Shown in pieces: positions 1 to 13,810 of a stretch of 64,000 nucleotides of DNA. The DNA is from Gordius albopunctatus. Its lineage: Eukaryota. Position 1 is the first letter of the stretch. The number at the start of each line of letters is the position of its first letter. Below the pieces are notes generated by a model, which saw nothing but the letters and a program-made list of their open reading frames with translations, made no database searches and was not told the DNA's origin. The stretch is taken from assembly GCA_964276515.1 (NCBI GenBank), contig OZ193910.1:5208001-5272000 (forward strand), in the 5' to 3' direction. Position numbers and translations under genes: made by a program.

Positions 1-1062
1 TTGTAACAAAACTAATTTTAAACTTTTTCTTATAACAAAAATCTAGATTTAAATCGAAGAAAGACAAGCTTGTTTAGTATAAAAAAAGTTCTGAATATTG
101 AGTGTCAAAAAACGTTTAAGTTCATGATATTTCATTTTTATAAATGTTTTGAACACTACTAAAATATAACTAAATCGATGTGTAGAAAACAAACTAATTG
201 CAATAATAAAATGTTCTAAAGCCAATTGTTTCAGCTAAAACTATTTTAATCAATGTTAGAGTATAGAAGAGGGAAAATATATGAAGCTAATTTTTGACAA
301 GTAGATACAGTTTATTGCCTGCCATGGTTTGGCATTTATGGTTTATCAAGTTCGGTAAATGACAATTTAAGAAAAAGAGTATTGTCATTTTATATTCAAT
401 TTTAGAAACTGACTTGATCTAAAAATACTTTTAAATTATTATATTTTTTAAAGTTTAAGCATAGAATATTTGTCAACGGATTTCTATTAGGAAGGGCTAC
501 AAAAACAACGAATTTTTGATAAATCATATATTAACAAAATAAATAAAATAGATCAGAAATTAAAATCAAAGTTATTTTAGATAAAAATAAGAAATTTCCA
601 AGTTAGACTTAAAGTGCACTTTGCAAGTTATCTCTACGGAGATTTAATTATCTAAATCTTTCTGATCATAATGCTGATTCAAAATCTCTGTTTTACTAAA
701 TTTTCAAATCTATTCTGAGAGGAAAACATTGGGATTGTTTTTTATAAGACGAACCGAGCCTCAACGAAGAAATTGGAAGAGAACTAGTTTATCCATTTTT
801 ACACCTTTAGAATGCTCATTTTAATTTTTGTACACAAATTTTGTTATTTCATAATTTATCTGATGATGTTCTTTAATAGCAAAATATTATACATATCATA
901 ATTTATTATTATCACCCTCGACCATTCGCGTGAAAAGTGCCTATTAAATGATTAAAGTTTAAATTGGTTTGTTTAGCATTTAAAAGGCATACATTAAATT
1001 TTGAGCATTTATTATTTTGACGTTATGAAATATATTCATGAAAAACATTTCATAATATATAT

Positions 1063-1342
1063 CAGGCGAGTAGCCAAGGGGGCAGAAAGAGGGAATTTTC
1101 TGCCCCCTTGACCAAAATGTGAATAGTTTTTTGAAGGTCCATGTTTTTTTTAAGGTACAAAAGCGATAGTAAATGCTCTGATTAATGAAGAGAAGAGACT
1201 TTTACAAAGCTGGTTATATAGCGCCTTGAAGTTTCGCATATATTGCACGCGACGTTTAATTTTGTTACATCTTATAAATAAAAGTGTCGAAAATCTTTTT
1301 GAATTTTTCTTCCCCTTTGAGAAAATCCCGGCTACGCGCCTG
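1063..1342. mobile_element. hAT-type MITE (280 bp)
   Basis: Termini CAGGCGAGTAGCC...GGCTACGCGCCTG, 8-bp TSD ATATATAT on both sides; same ends as the longer hAT at 35449-39561. Confidence 0.85.
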
Positions 1343-2568
1343 ATATATATTAACATTATTTTGTGAGTTGATAACTAACTTTTTAATAGCCACATAATTT
1401 GTCTATAAAAAACAACGGATAACCTAAATCGCGTTATCCGATTATAAAAATAGCTGCCCATTCAGTATTACTTATAATAATCATGTTCAAAAATGATATA
1501 AATAATAATGTAGCCTTTACCACATTAAAGATTATTATTTATTTTTTATTAACCCTGAATTATAATCTCACTAAAGGGTATGTAAAAAATGATTTATCGA
1601 TTAATATACGTATTAAGTTTAGAAAACGCAGGTGACATATGCCAGAGGTGTCAGTCTGCATTTATCAATAATTTAGAAACATTAATAATTAGGTGATGCA
1701 GCTCTCACGTAAATGCAAAATCTTAGGAGTGCGATTAAATATTAAATTATTTTAAAGATTGATTTGTAAGGGCAGCTGACCCCCCCCCCCTTCTAATATA
1801 AAAATGATCATATTTTTGAAAATCATCACTTTGCCCTTCTGCAACAGTTTTTTTGTCAATACTATGAAATATAAATTTAATCAGGATAAAAGGAGGGTTA
1901 GGCAGAAGTGTTTGAATAGGAATTCAAACAATTTAATCACAATTTATTCCTTGCAATCTAGTTATTAGGGTTACAAATGTTTATCTAATAGAAATGAAGA
2001 AAGGCTAAATCAATTAGGGTTGTTTTTATAAGGTATGACAGTAATAAAATCGATAAAAAATTTGATGAAAAAACGAATCTACCTTGATATTTTTAGATTT
2101 TTACCTTAAAAAATATCATGTGTGTACTAGAGAGATAATAATAACAATCCTAAATCAAAATACTCACGCTATTTTTCTTATTTTTTAATAAAATTATTGC
2201 TGGACAGGGAAGCTATTTTTGCCAATTTCCAACAAGCTTTGCGTTCAAAAATTTTCCATTTTTTTTTCTTATTACCTATTAAATGTATCATAATAAAAAC
2301 GTTCTTTAAAATATAAATTACAGTTCTGAGCAAAAATGCTGGAAAAAATACATAAGTTGCGTGCAAATAATATATTATTTTATAAAACTTAATTCAAAAA
2401 GATAATTACATTTGTTAATATATTAGGAACATATTAATTTAAGGCAAAACCCACAAAAAGTTAATTTATATTTTGCAATTAATACAATATCGCGTGATTG
2501 ACTTTTAGGTAAATTTAATTTAAATGGGATAGTCATCTAAAAAGTATGCTACCATAGCCTAAGACTTA

Positions 2569-3499
2569 GGGGAAACCGGGGCTGGTCGTAGCCCGTACTA
2601 TTATCTTTCTAATTATTTTTTAAAACAATAATGATATATTATATAATTAAAATTTAAACCATATGTGTATTTTTCAATAAGCTATAATTAAAAAATATTT
2701 TGTTTAGAAAAAATAAAATTTAAAATTTTTATTGAGAAAAAACGATTTTTCGGGGCTATTAGTAACCTTTACAAAAAATTTTATTTTGCGCATAAAAATT
2801 TTTTGGCTGAATATTTTGGATTGATTCAACTTTTATCTTATAAAGGGAGATTTTTTATATAAAAACCGTCTAATGATTAAATTTTTATATGCAATATAAC
2901 ATTTTAAATTATTAATTGTTTATGAAAATAGGGGTCGGGCTAGTCGGAGAGGGGCTATTGTTAACCAGTTTTCATTGTGTTTTACAAATGATAAGATTAA
3001 AAAAACAAAAACTTTTATTTAATAATCTAACTTGTATTATTTGGAATAGAAATAGACTATGATTATACATTATAAAACGCCTTAAAGTTTTTTCCATTGC
3101 TAAATCCGTTTTTTAAGTGTTCTTAAGTCAAATTGTCATCTTGACCCTTTTTATTTGTTTTATATAAAATACAATCATATTACATTTGCATTTTCTACAT
3201 TTTTTTATAATGAAGCAATCTTTTTGTTGATTTGAGTTATAATACACTAATAAGAAGTGAAAACGTCAGAGTTAATCTATGGTTTATGACTAGCCCCGGG
3301 CATTTTTGAAATTTTTTGGATTTTTGTTTTTTTTTAACTTAATCTGTGAGAAAACTATTATTTATTTCCCTCCAAATTTTTTACCTATAGTAAAAATAGA
3401 CCTTAAAAATATATTCCAACAAAGAAATTAGAAAAATAATTTTTAGTTTTTTTAGAACGCGATTTAATTTTTTATGGCTAAAGTAGCCCCGGTCTCCCC
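2569..3499. mobile_element. Non-autonomous DNA transposon with TA TSD (Tc1/mariner/pogo-like)
   Basis: TIRs GGGGAAACCGGGGCT / AGCCCCGGTCTCCCC, flanked by TA on both sides; internal GGGGCTA motifs. Confidence 0.7.
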
Positions 3500-3558
3500 T
3501 ATTTATTTATCAAACTTTTTCACCTATTTTTAGGCCATTTTGAACTAATATCGCAAAG

Positions 3559-3769
3559 TAGTGTTGTAAAAACGGGTGCTGGATTTGTTTGTTCGACCTT
3601 TGGTTTTAGTCATAGACTAAACATAAGCGATTCATCCATTTTGTGGTCTTTTTATGTTTAGCCAGCGTCTAATAAGAAAAACATACCAAAAACCTTTGGT
3701 CTGTCAATGTTTAGTCGACTAAAACCAAAGGTCGAACAAACAAATCCAGCACCCGTTTTTACAACACGA
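3559..3769. mobile_element. hAT-type MITE with ~60-bp TIRs
   Basis: TAGTGTTGTAAAAACGGGTGCTGGATTTG... inverted at ~3707-3769; TSD TCGCAAAG/TCGCAAAC (7/8). Confidence 0.85.
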
Positions 3770-3785
3770 TCGCAAACATTCAATT

Positions 3786-4052
3786 TTACGGCAATTTCAT
3801 ATTCATTTTTAGGTATATAATACTTACGAAACAACCGGTCACAGCTGATATGAAGGAAATAACGACGAAAACATAACCGACAATCGACATTGCCAACTTC
3901 TCTTCGCGGCCCCCGATCACAGCGAGTGAGATGCCTGCGCACACTAGTATAAATCCTAAGATCAAAAGGTGCCAACCTTTTTGTTGCCTCTTATTTTCTT
4001 CTTCATTACCCATCCCACCGCTCATGGATGTCGCTTTTATCGTTGTAAACAT
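3786..4052 (-). CDS. Small putative two-TM membrane protein (88 aa), unknown function
   Basis: ATG-initiated ORF, locally higher GC, two hydrophobic segments joined by a short charged loop (GGREEK). No family recognised. Confidence 0.45.
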   Translation of the reverse strand: MFTTIKATSMSGGMGNEEENKRQQKGWHLLILGFILVCAGISLAVIGGREEKLAMSIVGYVFVVISFISAVTGCFVSIIYLKMNMKLP

Positions 4053-5380
4053 GCTATAATGTTTGAATTTGTGGTGCGAATATTAGGAAATATCTTTTAA
4101 TTTTATATTAGTCCTGAGAAATAAGGTTTCGTTATTTATGTTGTTTGGGAATCAACGAGGTGTATCCGATTCATCGAAATTCAGTGAAATTTTATGGGAA
4201 TGGATGGAGTTTGGATTGATAACTGTCAAATATCGTGACCGTGTAAATTGGTGATTTTGATGAGTGCATACAATAATGGGTCGGGGTAAGGATCCCTTTT
4301 GATCACCCAATTAAAGCTTTATTGATTATTTCGCGTGGTGTTTGTGATCTACAATAAAGGCGTGCCAGTACTAGTATAAGACAACGGATTCGTACAGAAA
4401 TAGGTCGTCACTAATATGTCAGAGGCTAATCACCAATAATATTTTGTCAGCAGAAATAACCCCTACCATTCTTGAACGCGTTAACGCGAAGATTCATATA
4501 TAAAAGGAAATGAGTATATCGAAAGGGTGTTTTGCCTAAGTGTATCCCTGGAAATTGATTATAATTGGGCAAAATCAATAAAAATATCTTTAAAAATAAC
4601 AAGATAAATAAAGGCTAAACAAAAAATTCGATACCAAATTAAATTTCCCTTTTAAATATAAATGTTACATAAGAGTGATTCTATAATTTTTTCGGCCTGT
4701 TATAACTTTGTGAAATTTGATATTTACACTGGATTTTGAAATTTAATCGTATGTTTTAAAACAACAGCGCTTACTTTTCATTTAGTTAAATCGAGAATGG
4801 GTAGCAACAGATGTGTTCTATCATACAATGTTACGTTTTATAGCCCATTCCAAATTAAAAATCTATTTTACTTTAATACTGTAATTTAATAGATCCAGTA
4901 ATTGCTCGTCTGTTTATACATTATTATGTCATTTTACTTATTTCTATTTGATGGTAGTTAAGTTAATGACTTTGTGTGAACTCGTTAGTCTATTAAATTA
5001 ACTAAAGGACAAAGTTGATTTCGCAGTCAAAAAATTCTTTGATAAAATATTATTAATCGTATAAATGTATAATCTTATAACAAAAAATATTCTATAAAAT
5101 TTTTAGAATTAAATTATTTTGCCGCCCTCCATCCAAATCCTGGCTACGCTTATATAAGTCTCATACGGGTTTTTATTCATCCAATTAACGTAGTTCAACT
5201 TTGACTACTAGCACTTTTAGCTGCATAAAACCATTTTTGTTAACTATTAGAATTGGAAACTTTATGCAAGGTTAATTTTATTTAACAAGAAATACCTAGT
5301 TGATTTAGTAATTTTTAACCTTATATAAGATCCGTTGATTTGAAAATCGCAAAATTTTTGAATCAAAAACGAGAAATAAT

Positions 5381-5529
5381 CATAGGCGTAGCCAGCATTG
5401 GAATTAGAGGGGGCCAATAATGATTTAGGGAGGGGCAAAATTAACATTTTAAAAAGTTTTTGCCATAATTTTAATAGATTTCAACAAATTTTACGATTTC
5501 CGTTCCCCCCCCCCTTGGCTAAGCCCATG
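5381..5529. mobile_element. hAT-type MITE inside an older repeat
   Basis: CATAGGCGTAGCC...GGCTAAGCCCATG with exact 8-bp TSD GAAATAAT. The host repeat (~5160-5830) has a diverged inverted copy at ~41980-42450. Confidence 0.75.
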
Positions 5530-7475
5530 GAAATAATATTATTAATTAAATCATTATTGCAAAGATTAATTAATTACAAATTTAGATTAACATCATAAAA
5601 ACACGCCATTTTATTAAAATAAAAAAATTATAACCTTTTTAAAAATAATTTTGTTGGCTGGAGCCGGGCCTTCTTATAGCTAGGCCCGGCCCGGATACGT
5701 TTCGTTGTATTGCCCGTTCAACCGAGCGTGTAATTTTTTTTAACAAAATGCCGATCCAAGTCCGACATGTTTATAGATCATGCACAGGCCGGAATTTTAT
5801 AAATTTATTTTGCCAATGCCAGCTACATATTGATAATAAAGGTGGCTATGTCATGATTATCTAAAAGTAGATTTAAAAATTAATTTACTAAAGCATGAGA
5901 ATTATAAATCTTAGTTGAATTTTATGGTAAATCTCTAATGTAGAATGAGCACACTCTCATGCATGGAAGAAGCGTGCAAATTGAAATTATATTATTTTTG
6001 AGTAATAATTCTTTGCATTTTATTATTATGCTCTTCGTGAGGAGTATTCACTTTTGCAATTTCTAAAACAAGAAATCTAAAATAAGTTTAAATATGCATG
6101 TTAAACGCTTATAAAAATTAAATTATTAATTACCTTTATTACATAAACTTCATTTGTATTAGCATCTATAGAAGTTGAGATAGGTTTTTAGAGAAATTAT
6201 TATGAATTAAATCTTTTATCACCTTAAAACACGCATTAAGAACAGAAAATCTGTGTATAAATAGTCTAATAATTAGAAGATTTTCATCTAAAAATAAATC
6301 TCAAACTAATATTTAAGGTAATTAGTTATTTCTATCAGCGCGACACTTACAAAGGTCCTATTTATAGCATTGAGTTTTTCCATATAACTAGGAAAAAATT
6401 TAATTTTTTTCCATGCTAAGCCACTGTTCATTTTAGTTTGAAATATCAATTGTTCATCTCATATATAATTACTCTTTTATAATTCTCACAATTTTATTTG
6501 GAGAATAAATATTAATTTTACAGATTTATCTAGTGAATGGCTCCAAATTATATATTGAAATTTTCGACACAATTTTAATCATTAAAATGGCACATCTGAA
6601 TGTAATAATCTACAATTGGCAATCAATATTTTGGTTTAATTATTCTAATTGATTAAGGCGGGTAATTAATTTTTTTAGGTAATTATACATGTCTGTTCAC
6701 TTGGACTATTTCCCAATTGATGAAATAGAATAAAGATCTACGCAACTTATCGAAAACATTAATTTAAAGGAATAAGAAATACTTGGCTGTCCGACACCGT
6801 TGTTAATCACATTACTCAAACACATTCGTTATATTTTCTCAATCATTTATTCGATCTAATATAATAACAAAATTTTACGCTTCATCTATTTATAATTGCA
6901 TTGAGGAGGTAACAGGTTGAAGGTTTTAGATCATCCGCCTTCCTTTTCTCAATAGATTTGCTGTCCCAGTTTGGAGACATAATTTGGATAATGACAAAAA
7001 TTTGATAAAAATTTCTATCTTATTTTTGCTACATTTAATAGAAGGCAATTATACGCCAAAACAACCTTCATCACTGCGCTATTTATTTCTCCTTTAATGT
7101 CCCTCTCCGTCCGCCCCTCCGTTATAAATGCAACACATCTATCAGTAGGTTATTTTTAAAGACGTATAAAGTTATTTAAATGTTAATTCCTATTTGTGCC
7201 GATGCCGATCTTAGATTACACTATTGCAGAGGATCGGCAGTTATTTTTAATGTTGCGCAATTTGTTTAGCCATTACATATTTAAAATAAACAAATTTTTC
7301 TTTGATAGATTATTGATTTTTTAGTATCCTATTTAAGCTAAAATTCAATCGTATTTATGAAATATTTGCAAATTGTATTGCAATTTTGAGAATTTCAGTG
7401 TTTTTTTAGTTTTATATCCTATATGGGGTAAGTTTTGCTTCTCCCATGTTTAAAAATAGGGTCAAATGTTTAAAG

Positions 7476-9372
7476 TACGTCCGTGGGAAATATTCGAGAT
7501 TGGATTCGAATTCGTGTAACTTCGAATCAAATATTTACGCTGCTAGGATTCGAAAATCCGAATCGAATCCTTGAAAGAATCGAATTTTATTTTTTTAAGT
7601 TTAATTTATATATACGAGACTCACATATTTAGCTGTTTTCATCTTACCGCATTTCGTTATATTTCCTACTACAATTTGAAAAATTATTTAAAATTTTTTA
7701 ACTTACATAAGTTATCGGGAACGTGGATTACAATTTAATTAAATTATAGACTTTGATAAAAATTGCAAGACAGTATGTGGAACAGCACCTATATAATGAT
7801 AGAAAAGGCTATTTTAGTAATGCAGACATTGGATTCGGCCTTTAATCTAACATTGAATGGAAACAAATTGCAAAGGTTAAATTGATACTTTTCCCTTTTA
7901 CAGTGCAACTAATTTAATATCCGGAGGGCAAATCCCACAATTAACATGGTATTACCGGTATATTATCAATAGAGCCCTGCACGGGCCACCCTAAGCCCGA
8001 CCCGATCGGGTTTTGGGCCGGGCTCGGGCAGAATTTTATAAAACAATCGGGCCGAGGCGGCCCGACCCAAAGTCCGAGCCGGCCCGAATTGAACTAAAGC
8101 AAACTAATCTTTTATAAAATATTATTTAAACACTCTCAACTCAACATTGAACAATTATCTTCACACAGCGTACATTATATATCTTCCAAACTTCAGTTTT
8201 TCCCCTGTCTATTATAATATAGCTGACCTGAATTGCAAATCTTATTGTAGTATTTATATATATTCATAGTATTACGAAATAAGAAAGGTAAATATTTCAA
8301 AAAAATTTTTATAAGGAACTGTTAAATAAAATATATTTTTAAAGTTATATTTTTTGTTTAAAGGTAAATAAATTGTAACGAGGGAAAATGGATATTTTTA
8401 TTTAAAACTTATCCTAGTTTTAAATTACGAGTAATAACTACTGCATTTTATATTTAAATGGTGAAATAATTTATCAAAATAAAAATGTTCAAAAGTTTTA
8501 TTCGAAAAATCGGGTCGGGCTCTAGTCGGGCCTAAACAAAAAAAAAGTCTTTCGGGCTCGGGCAAAATAAAAATTAAGAAGTCGGGCTCGGGCCGGGCTC
8601 GGACAGAAGAAATTTAATTTTGCAGGGCTCTAATATCAACCAGGCATAGAAAATCATGGTGTCAAAATGGCCAAAAAGAAAATAGAAGATATATCGCATC
8701 GCATTCAATAAAGAGATAGTCTTATTAGCCAGTGTCGTCGATTTAAGGCTCAAAATTTGAATGTTTATCACAAGTACATGGCATATCCTATAGAGAAATT
8801 ATAGATCACTTGGAAACTGCTATAGGACAACAGCCCGATTTTTAATCAACTAGCGAGGTATCAATAAAAACTGGATCGCAATTAAAAGCGGCAAAGCGAC
8901 GTCTCCATTGGAGATATTTTTGACAAACCACGTGTGGCTTCCAATGTTGAGCCTTTGCATGGTGGAAACGTCGTTTTAAAGCCATCAAAAAATTGGTAAA
9001 AAAATCTTCTCTCTATACCTGGATAATTTACCGCGTGCGAAGGATTATTTTCAACCGGAACCAATTTATTGACCAAACACAAGCAATCGTTTAAGGAAGA
9101 TAATTTGCCTTAAAAGTTGACTAAAAACGGCTGTGATTGTTTTACACATATCGCCATAGTTTTTTGTTCTCCTTTAATATTTTTATTTTCAATGTGTGTA
9201 TTTTATTAATATCTTTTAATTAAATTTTTTAAATGAATCCTTAAATTTTTTTCGAATCGAATTCCAATCTTCATTTTAATATTCGACGAATCTCGAATCG
9301 AATATTTTTTTGGAAAAAAATTCGAATCCGAATCGAATACCTAAAATATTCGATTCGAAATCCACAGGCGTA
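7476..9372 (+). mobile_element. Decayed hAT transposon
   Basis: TIRs TACGTCCGTGG / CCACAGGCGTA, TTCGAATC subterminal repeats, TSD GTTTAAAG/GTTTAAAC. Disrupted transposase motifs on +: WNSTY, PFYSATNLISG, LSIPG..ACEGLFS (hATC-like). Confidence 0.8.
7970..8632. mobile_element. hAT-type MITE nested in the 7476-9372 element
   Basis: TIRs TAGAGCCCTGCA / TGCAGGGCTCTA, many CCCGA/TCGGG subterminal repeats, near-TSD ATTATCAA/ATATCAAC. Confidence 0.8.
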
Positions 9373-11021
9373 GTTTAAACGATGAGAGCTAAGCAACGAA
9401 AGGTTTTTACTTATTTAAAAACTCGTCCTCAAATTTATACCTCAAACGGCACAATTGTTTCTTCTCTAATGCGTGACAAAAATGCGGGGGGGGGGGGGGG
9501 TGGTGGTGGTGTTGGCAAAATGGTAAGTTTATTTGGACCTTAAAATAAATTTGCCTTAAAAAATATTTTTTGGTTAAGGTGGGCCTGCTTCCCCTCCTTG
9601 CCACAGATGAATGTCCTAATGATATTCATTATTTATGGATATCGACACCAAATCTGCAAATGCTTTATTTTATATTGTCAAGTTATCGACCCTTGATATA
9701 TAGTTAATTTAGTGTAAGGCCAATCATTTTTGAAATTAGTTTGTTAATTAAAATCTTGTTATAAATTTGCAACCATAATTATATTATTGAAATTTTTGCA
9801 TATGTCAAGGCACAAATCTTCAAATTAATATATCTAAAAATTAATATTACAGTTTATCTAACCCAAATCGTTCAAGAAAGTTTAGCCTCTTAATGTAATA
9901 TAAATCAAAGTAGAATTAAAATGATTATTATTTGAACAAGGTGCTTTACTTAATTTACAATTAAGATTTTGGAATTTATACCAAATATTTTATGATAATA
10001 ATTTTGAATAATGCAAAGGCAATAGATTCTACCAACTCCTTTGTTTCATTCAACTAACAATTACCATTTTATCGTAGTAGCGAAAGTTTCAATTTTAGCA
10101 TTTTCTCTTAACTAGTGGTATTACTATTGATTATGAAATGACTAATTCATTATTGTTCATTTATAAATTAGGTACAGAAACAAATATTCACTTTCCTAAG
10201 GTAATTTATGGTCTAATTATGTTTATATTAAGCTATGTATTGGTCAGGAAGATGGTATGGTCGGCATACTGATAAGTTTGATTAAAAGTAAACGCTTGTT
10301 ACTACCACATCTCATTTCACATGAAATGTTTCAATATAAGTCATGAAAAAATGCGAAAATAGTTGCTTTTATAAAGAAGGTTAAAGATCAAAGAACTAAG
10401 GCACTAATTGCATTATGTTTAGAATGCCATTAATTGATTAAAAAAGTTATATAAAATTGTTTGAAGTGTAGGATCAATCTAAACTAATAGTTGAAGGTTT
10501 GCACCAAATTAGTTTTCTTAATAATCATTGAAGGTTGTAGTATTTTGAATTTGGGTTGGCAATTACATAGAAAATTGGAACCTTTTAAACTAATTGAAAT
10601 ACTCACCTACATGACAGATGATATCTGTTTCAAGGTTTTGATTATACCTCTAATTGTGCTTAAATTTATTACTTTTCTTAAAAATTTTTGATTCAATTAC
10701 TAGTAAAACATTAAGAATTGAAATATAAATTAATTACCAAAATTTCTATAGCCATCTAAATGATTTAGAATACATTATTCATCATAGACTATTTCTAAAT
10801 TTGTCCGTGGTACCATGTATATCAAAAAACGCTTGGTATAAAGTTTTATAATACTAACGATTGACGAAATAGGTAATATCGAAAACTCATGTAGGTTTTT
10901 AAATGCATTGCTACCACATACCTATTAATTAGAAACTCTAAAAATGCATTCTAAATAATACATATTTTAATTGACAAACCTAACCCGAGCATTTAGTTAT
11001 TGTACACTGTTCTGTAGGCTA

Positions 11022-12403
11022 ATGGAAAACAAAATAACATGTTTAAGTCGTTTCCTATTGTGCTGCGGAAGTGGGGGTGGTGCACACCATGCTCATTACT
11101 ACGTTGCCAAAGATCGTCAAGATTCCACCACCTACCCTTTGCTATTAAAGACATACGCTCAACGCAAACCAAAACTTTTGAGACAACTTGGGAAGAAAGA
11201 GATTTCTGATAACAAAATTAGTTCATGTTGCTCTCGAACTAGCCCAATCATTGGCATGCTAAGGTGGATACCTGTATTATTCGTAGCACTCATATTTTTG
11301 TGGTCATGTTACGCATACATCTACCATTTCTGCCTACGCACTTTGTTAGATCATCTTGAAACTGCAACCGAATTTAATCAAGGTCATCTTTTCGCTTTTG
11401 CGTACGCTACGACTTTTAGCCTTCTCTTTCTCCTAATGGTGACATGTTACTTGACGGTGACGCTTTTAAATAGGTATGCAATCCCTCCGAATTACAAGCT
11501 GAGGGAAGGGGACTTGAAAGAGCTGGAAGCAGCTGTGGACGTCGAAACTATAGGCAGAATATTGTGGAGAGTGGTCAGGGAACAAATAGGAGAAATTAAG
11601 ATGGTTAGTGCAGATGGTGGGCCTAGGTATTGCGACACTTGTAAATGTATCAAACCCGATAGAGCTCATCATTGCATATCGTGTGGTAAATGCATTCTTA
11701 AAATGGATCATCATTGCCCTTGGATTAATAATTGCGTCCAGTTTGGGAATTACAAACAATTTATTTTGCTATTAATGTATGGCCTATCCCTCTGCGTTTT
11801 TGCCTTGGGTAATTAAATTATTAGAATTTAGCTTATAACAATGAAGCTTTGACCAATATTTTTTATTTGATCTTTTTTGAATTTTAACCAGCAACGATCT
11901 TCCCCTATTTTATATCCTACTGGTCGAACAACTCCTCAAACTTACTTGCAAATATAACGATTGAAGGTGACAATAGGGAAGAAGTTAATGGAAATTTTGC
12001 ATCATCCTCATTAGAGACTAATAGCGAATCAAATATAGAAGCAATTTTGAAGGCGCTAAATTTTGATAAAGACTCTTTTATAAAACCTCTACTATCGACG
12101 AGGTTTAATGTTCTCTTTTTATTCTTTGTTGCTCTCATTTTCGGTACAAGCTTAGGTGCTCTTTTGTCATACCATTGTCTGTTAATATCCAAAAATCGAA
12201 CCACCTTAGAATCTTTCAGCAGCCCCCTATTTATTGACTTCTACGATGAAATGAAGCCAGAAAATGCATTTGATTTGGGAACGTGCAGGCAAAATTTTAT
12301 GCAAGTTTTTGGACATTCAAAAATTTATTGGTTGCTACCTATCTTTTCAGGCGTTGGACGGGGAATTAAATTTCCCACACGGAATGATATCCCCGTCGTT
12401 TGA
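11022..12403 (+). CDS. DHHC palmitoyltransferase, ZDHHC2/15/20-like; exons 11022-11808 and 11892-12403
   Basis: [60 protein letters not shown]...WLLP, G.G..FP motifs. A GT-AG intron at 11809-11891 joins the two ORFs in frame. Confidence 0.93.
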
Positions 12404-13810
12404 TTATCTTGATAAAATATAAAATAATTGACTTATACACATGATGGAATATTAGTTACCAAACAAGATTCGTCAAAACGCATTTTTAATCTCAATGAGA
12501 ACCGGGTTTATTGAAGCATTTTAAAATAATTAGCGCAAAAGTATAGATTAAATATATAATGTTAGATTTATATAATATACTTTCTCCCTCGCATACATTT
12601 TGAATAATTTTTGATTAACAACTTGCTAACATGCTTATATTTACACATTTTTTACTGTAATCTATATAATAAAAATTGTAACATATTTAAAATTAGTGGC
12701 AAAACATCATTGGTAAATATCTTTACTTTAAAAGGTAATTTTTTTCAAAATTAAAGACTAATAACATTAGTCAACAAATAGTATTGTGAAGTCATTCAAT
12801 AAACGGTAGCAATTAATGTTTTGTGATACGAGAATGTTATAATAGGTCAAGTTTTTTTAACTGGGTTCAAAGTTGAGAAGAATTTTTGACCCCTAGTAAA
12901 AATTTGTTTTGAATGCAGATCTATCAAGTTTTCAAAATAAAGCATTTTAATTTCGAAACAACATAGGATGAATGACCAAAATATTTCATGCTACCTTTAA
13001 TATTTGATTTGTATTAAAAATTTCCTGTATTAATTTTATTATGTTCCTTCCTTAATCCAATGGTTAATATTTACAAAAATTATTTACCTAATTTTTTTTT
13101 AAACTTTATATTTGTTGAAGGAGCAGGACAGGAAGAATTCAATTTTTTCACCCGCCTAAAACTATATTTATAATAATTTTTCTGGCACAGAAATATAGCC
13201 TTATACTACAATATGAGAGAAAAGGGAGAGGGAGAGAGTAAACGCTTATACACGATCACTACACCACAATTTCATATGTCAATAATAAGCCAGGAGACGT
13301 TATTTCGCTATATAAAACAAAAGGAGTTTAATTAAGGAAGAATAAACTTTTTAACGCTTATTTTGCAACTAACTCTATTATTTCAAATACATGACGGCGC
13401 ACGTAAAAAAACGAAAGACAATGTGTTTAGCATGAAGAACTCTAGAAAAATATGTTAACCATTTCTCCGCTGATATTTATTGCAGACCAGTATTATTAAT
13501 GTCAAGGAATATAAATTATAAACAATCATAATGCAAATACAAATAATATATGTATAAACAAAATTTCAAGAGGACTAAACTAATTATTGGTTAAATATTA
13601 TGATCAGATGTAATGCCACATCAAGCAGGTTATATAAGGTTAAGAAATTTGAAAACAATAAATATAATATTAAACAAATGAGGTAACAACAATATATTAT
13701 GGTAACGCTATAATAAGCACAATAAATAATATTAGGAAAACAGTTATAACAACCTATAATAATAGTAATTTATGCAAAAATAACAAAAGCTGATATTTAA
13801 TACGTTCGTT

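Noticed and set aside
200..830. Possible exons or transposase remnant
   Set aside because: No sustained reading frame or recognisable motif.
3658..3975. 105-aa ORF overlapping the microprotein
   Set aside because: Non-ATG start and it runs through a MITE arm.
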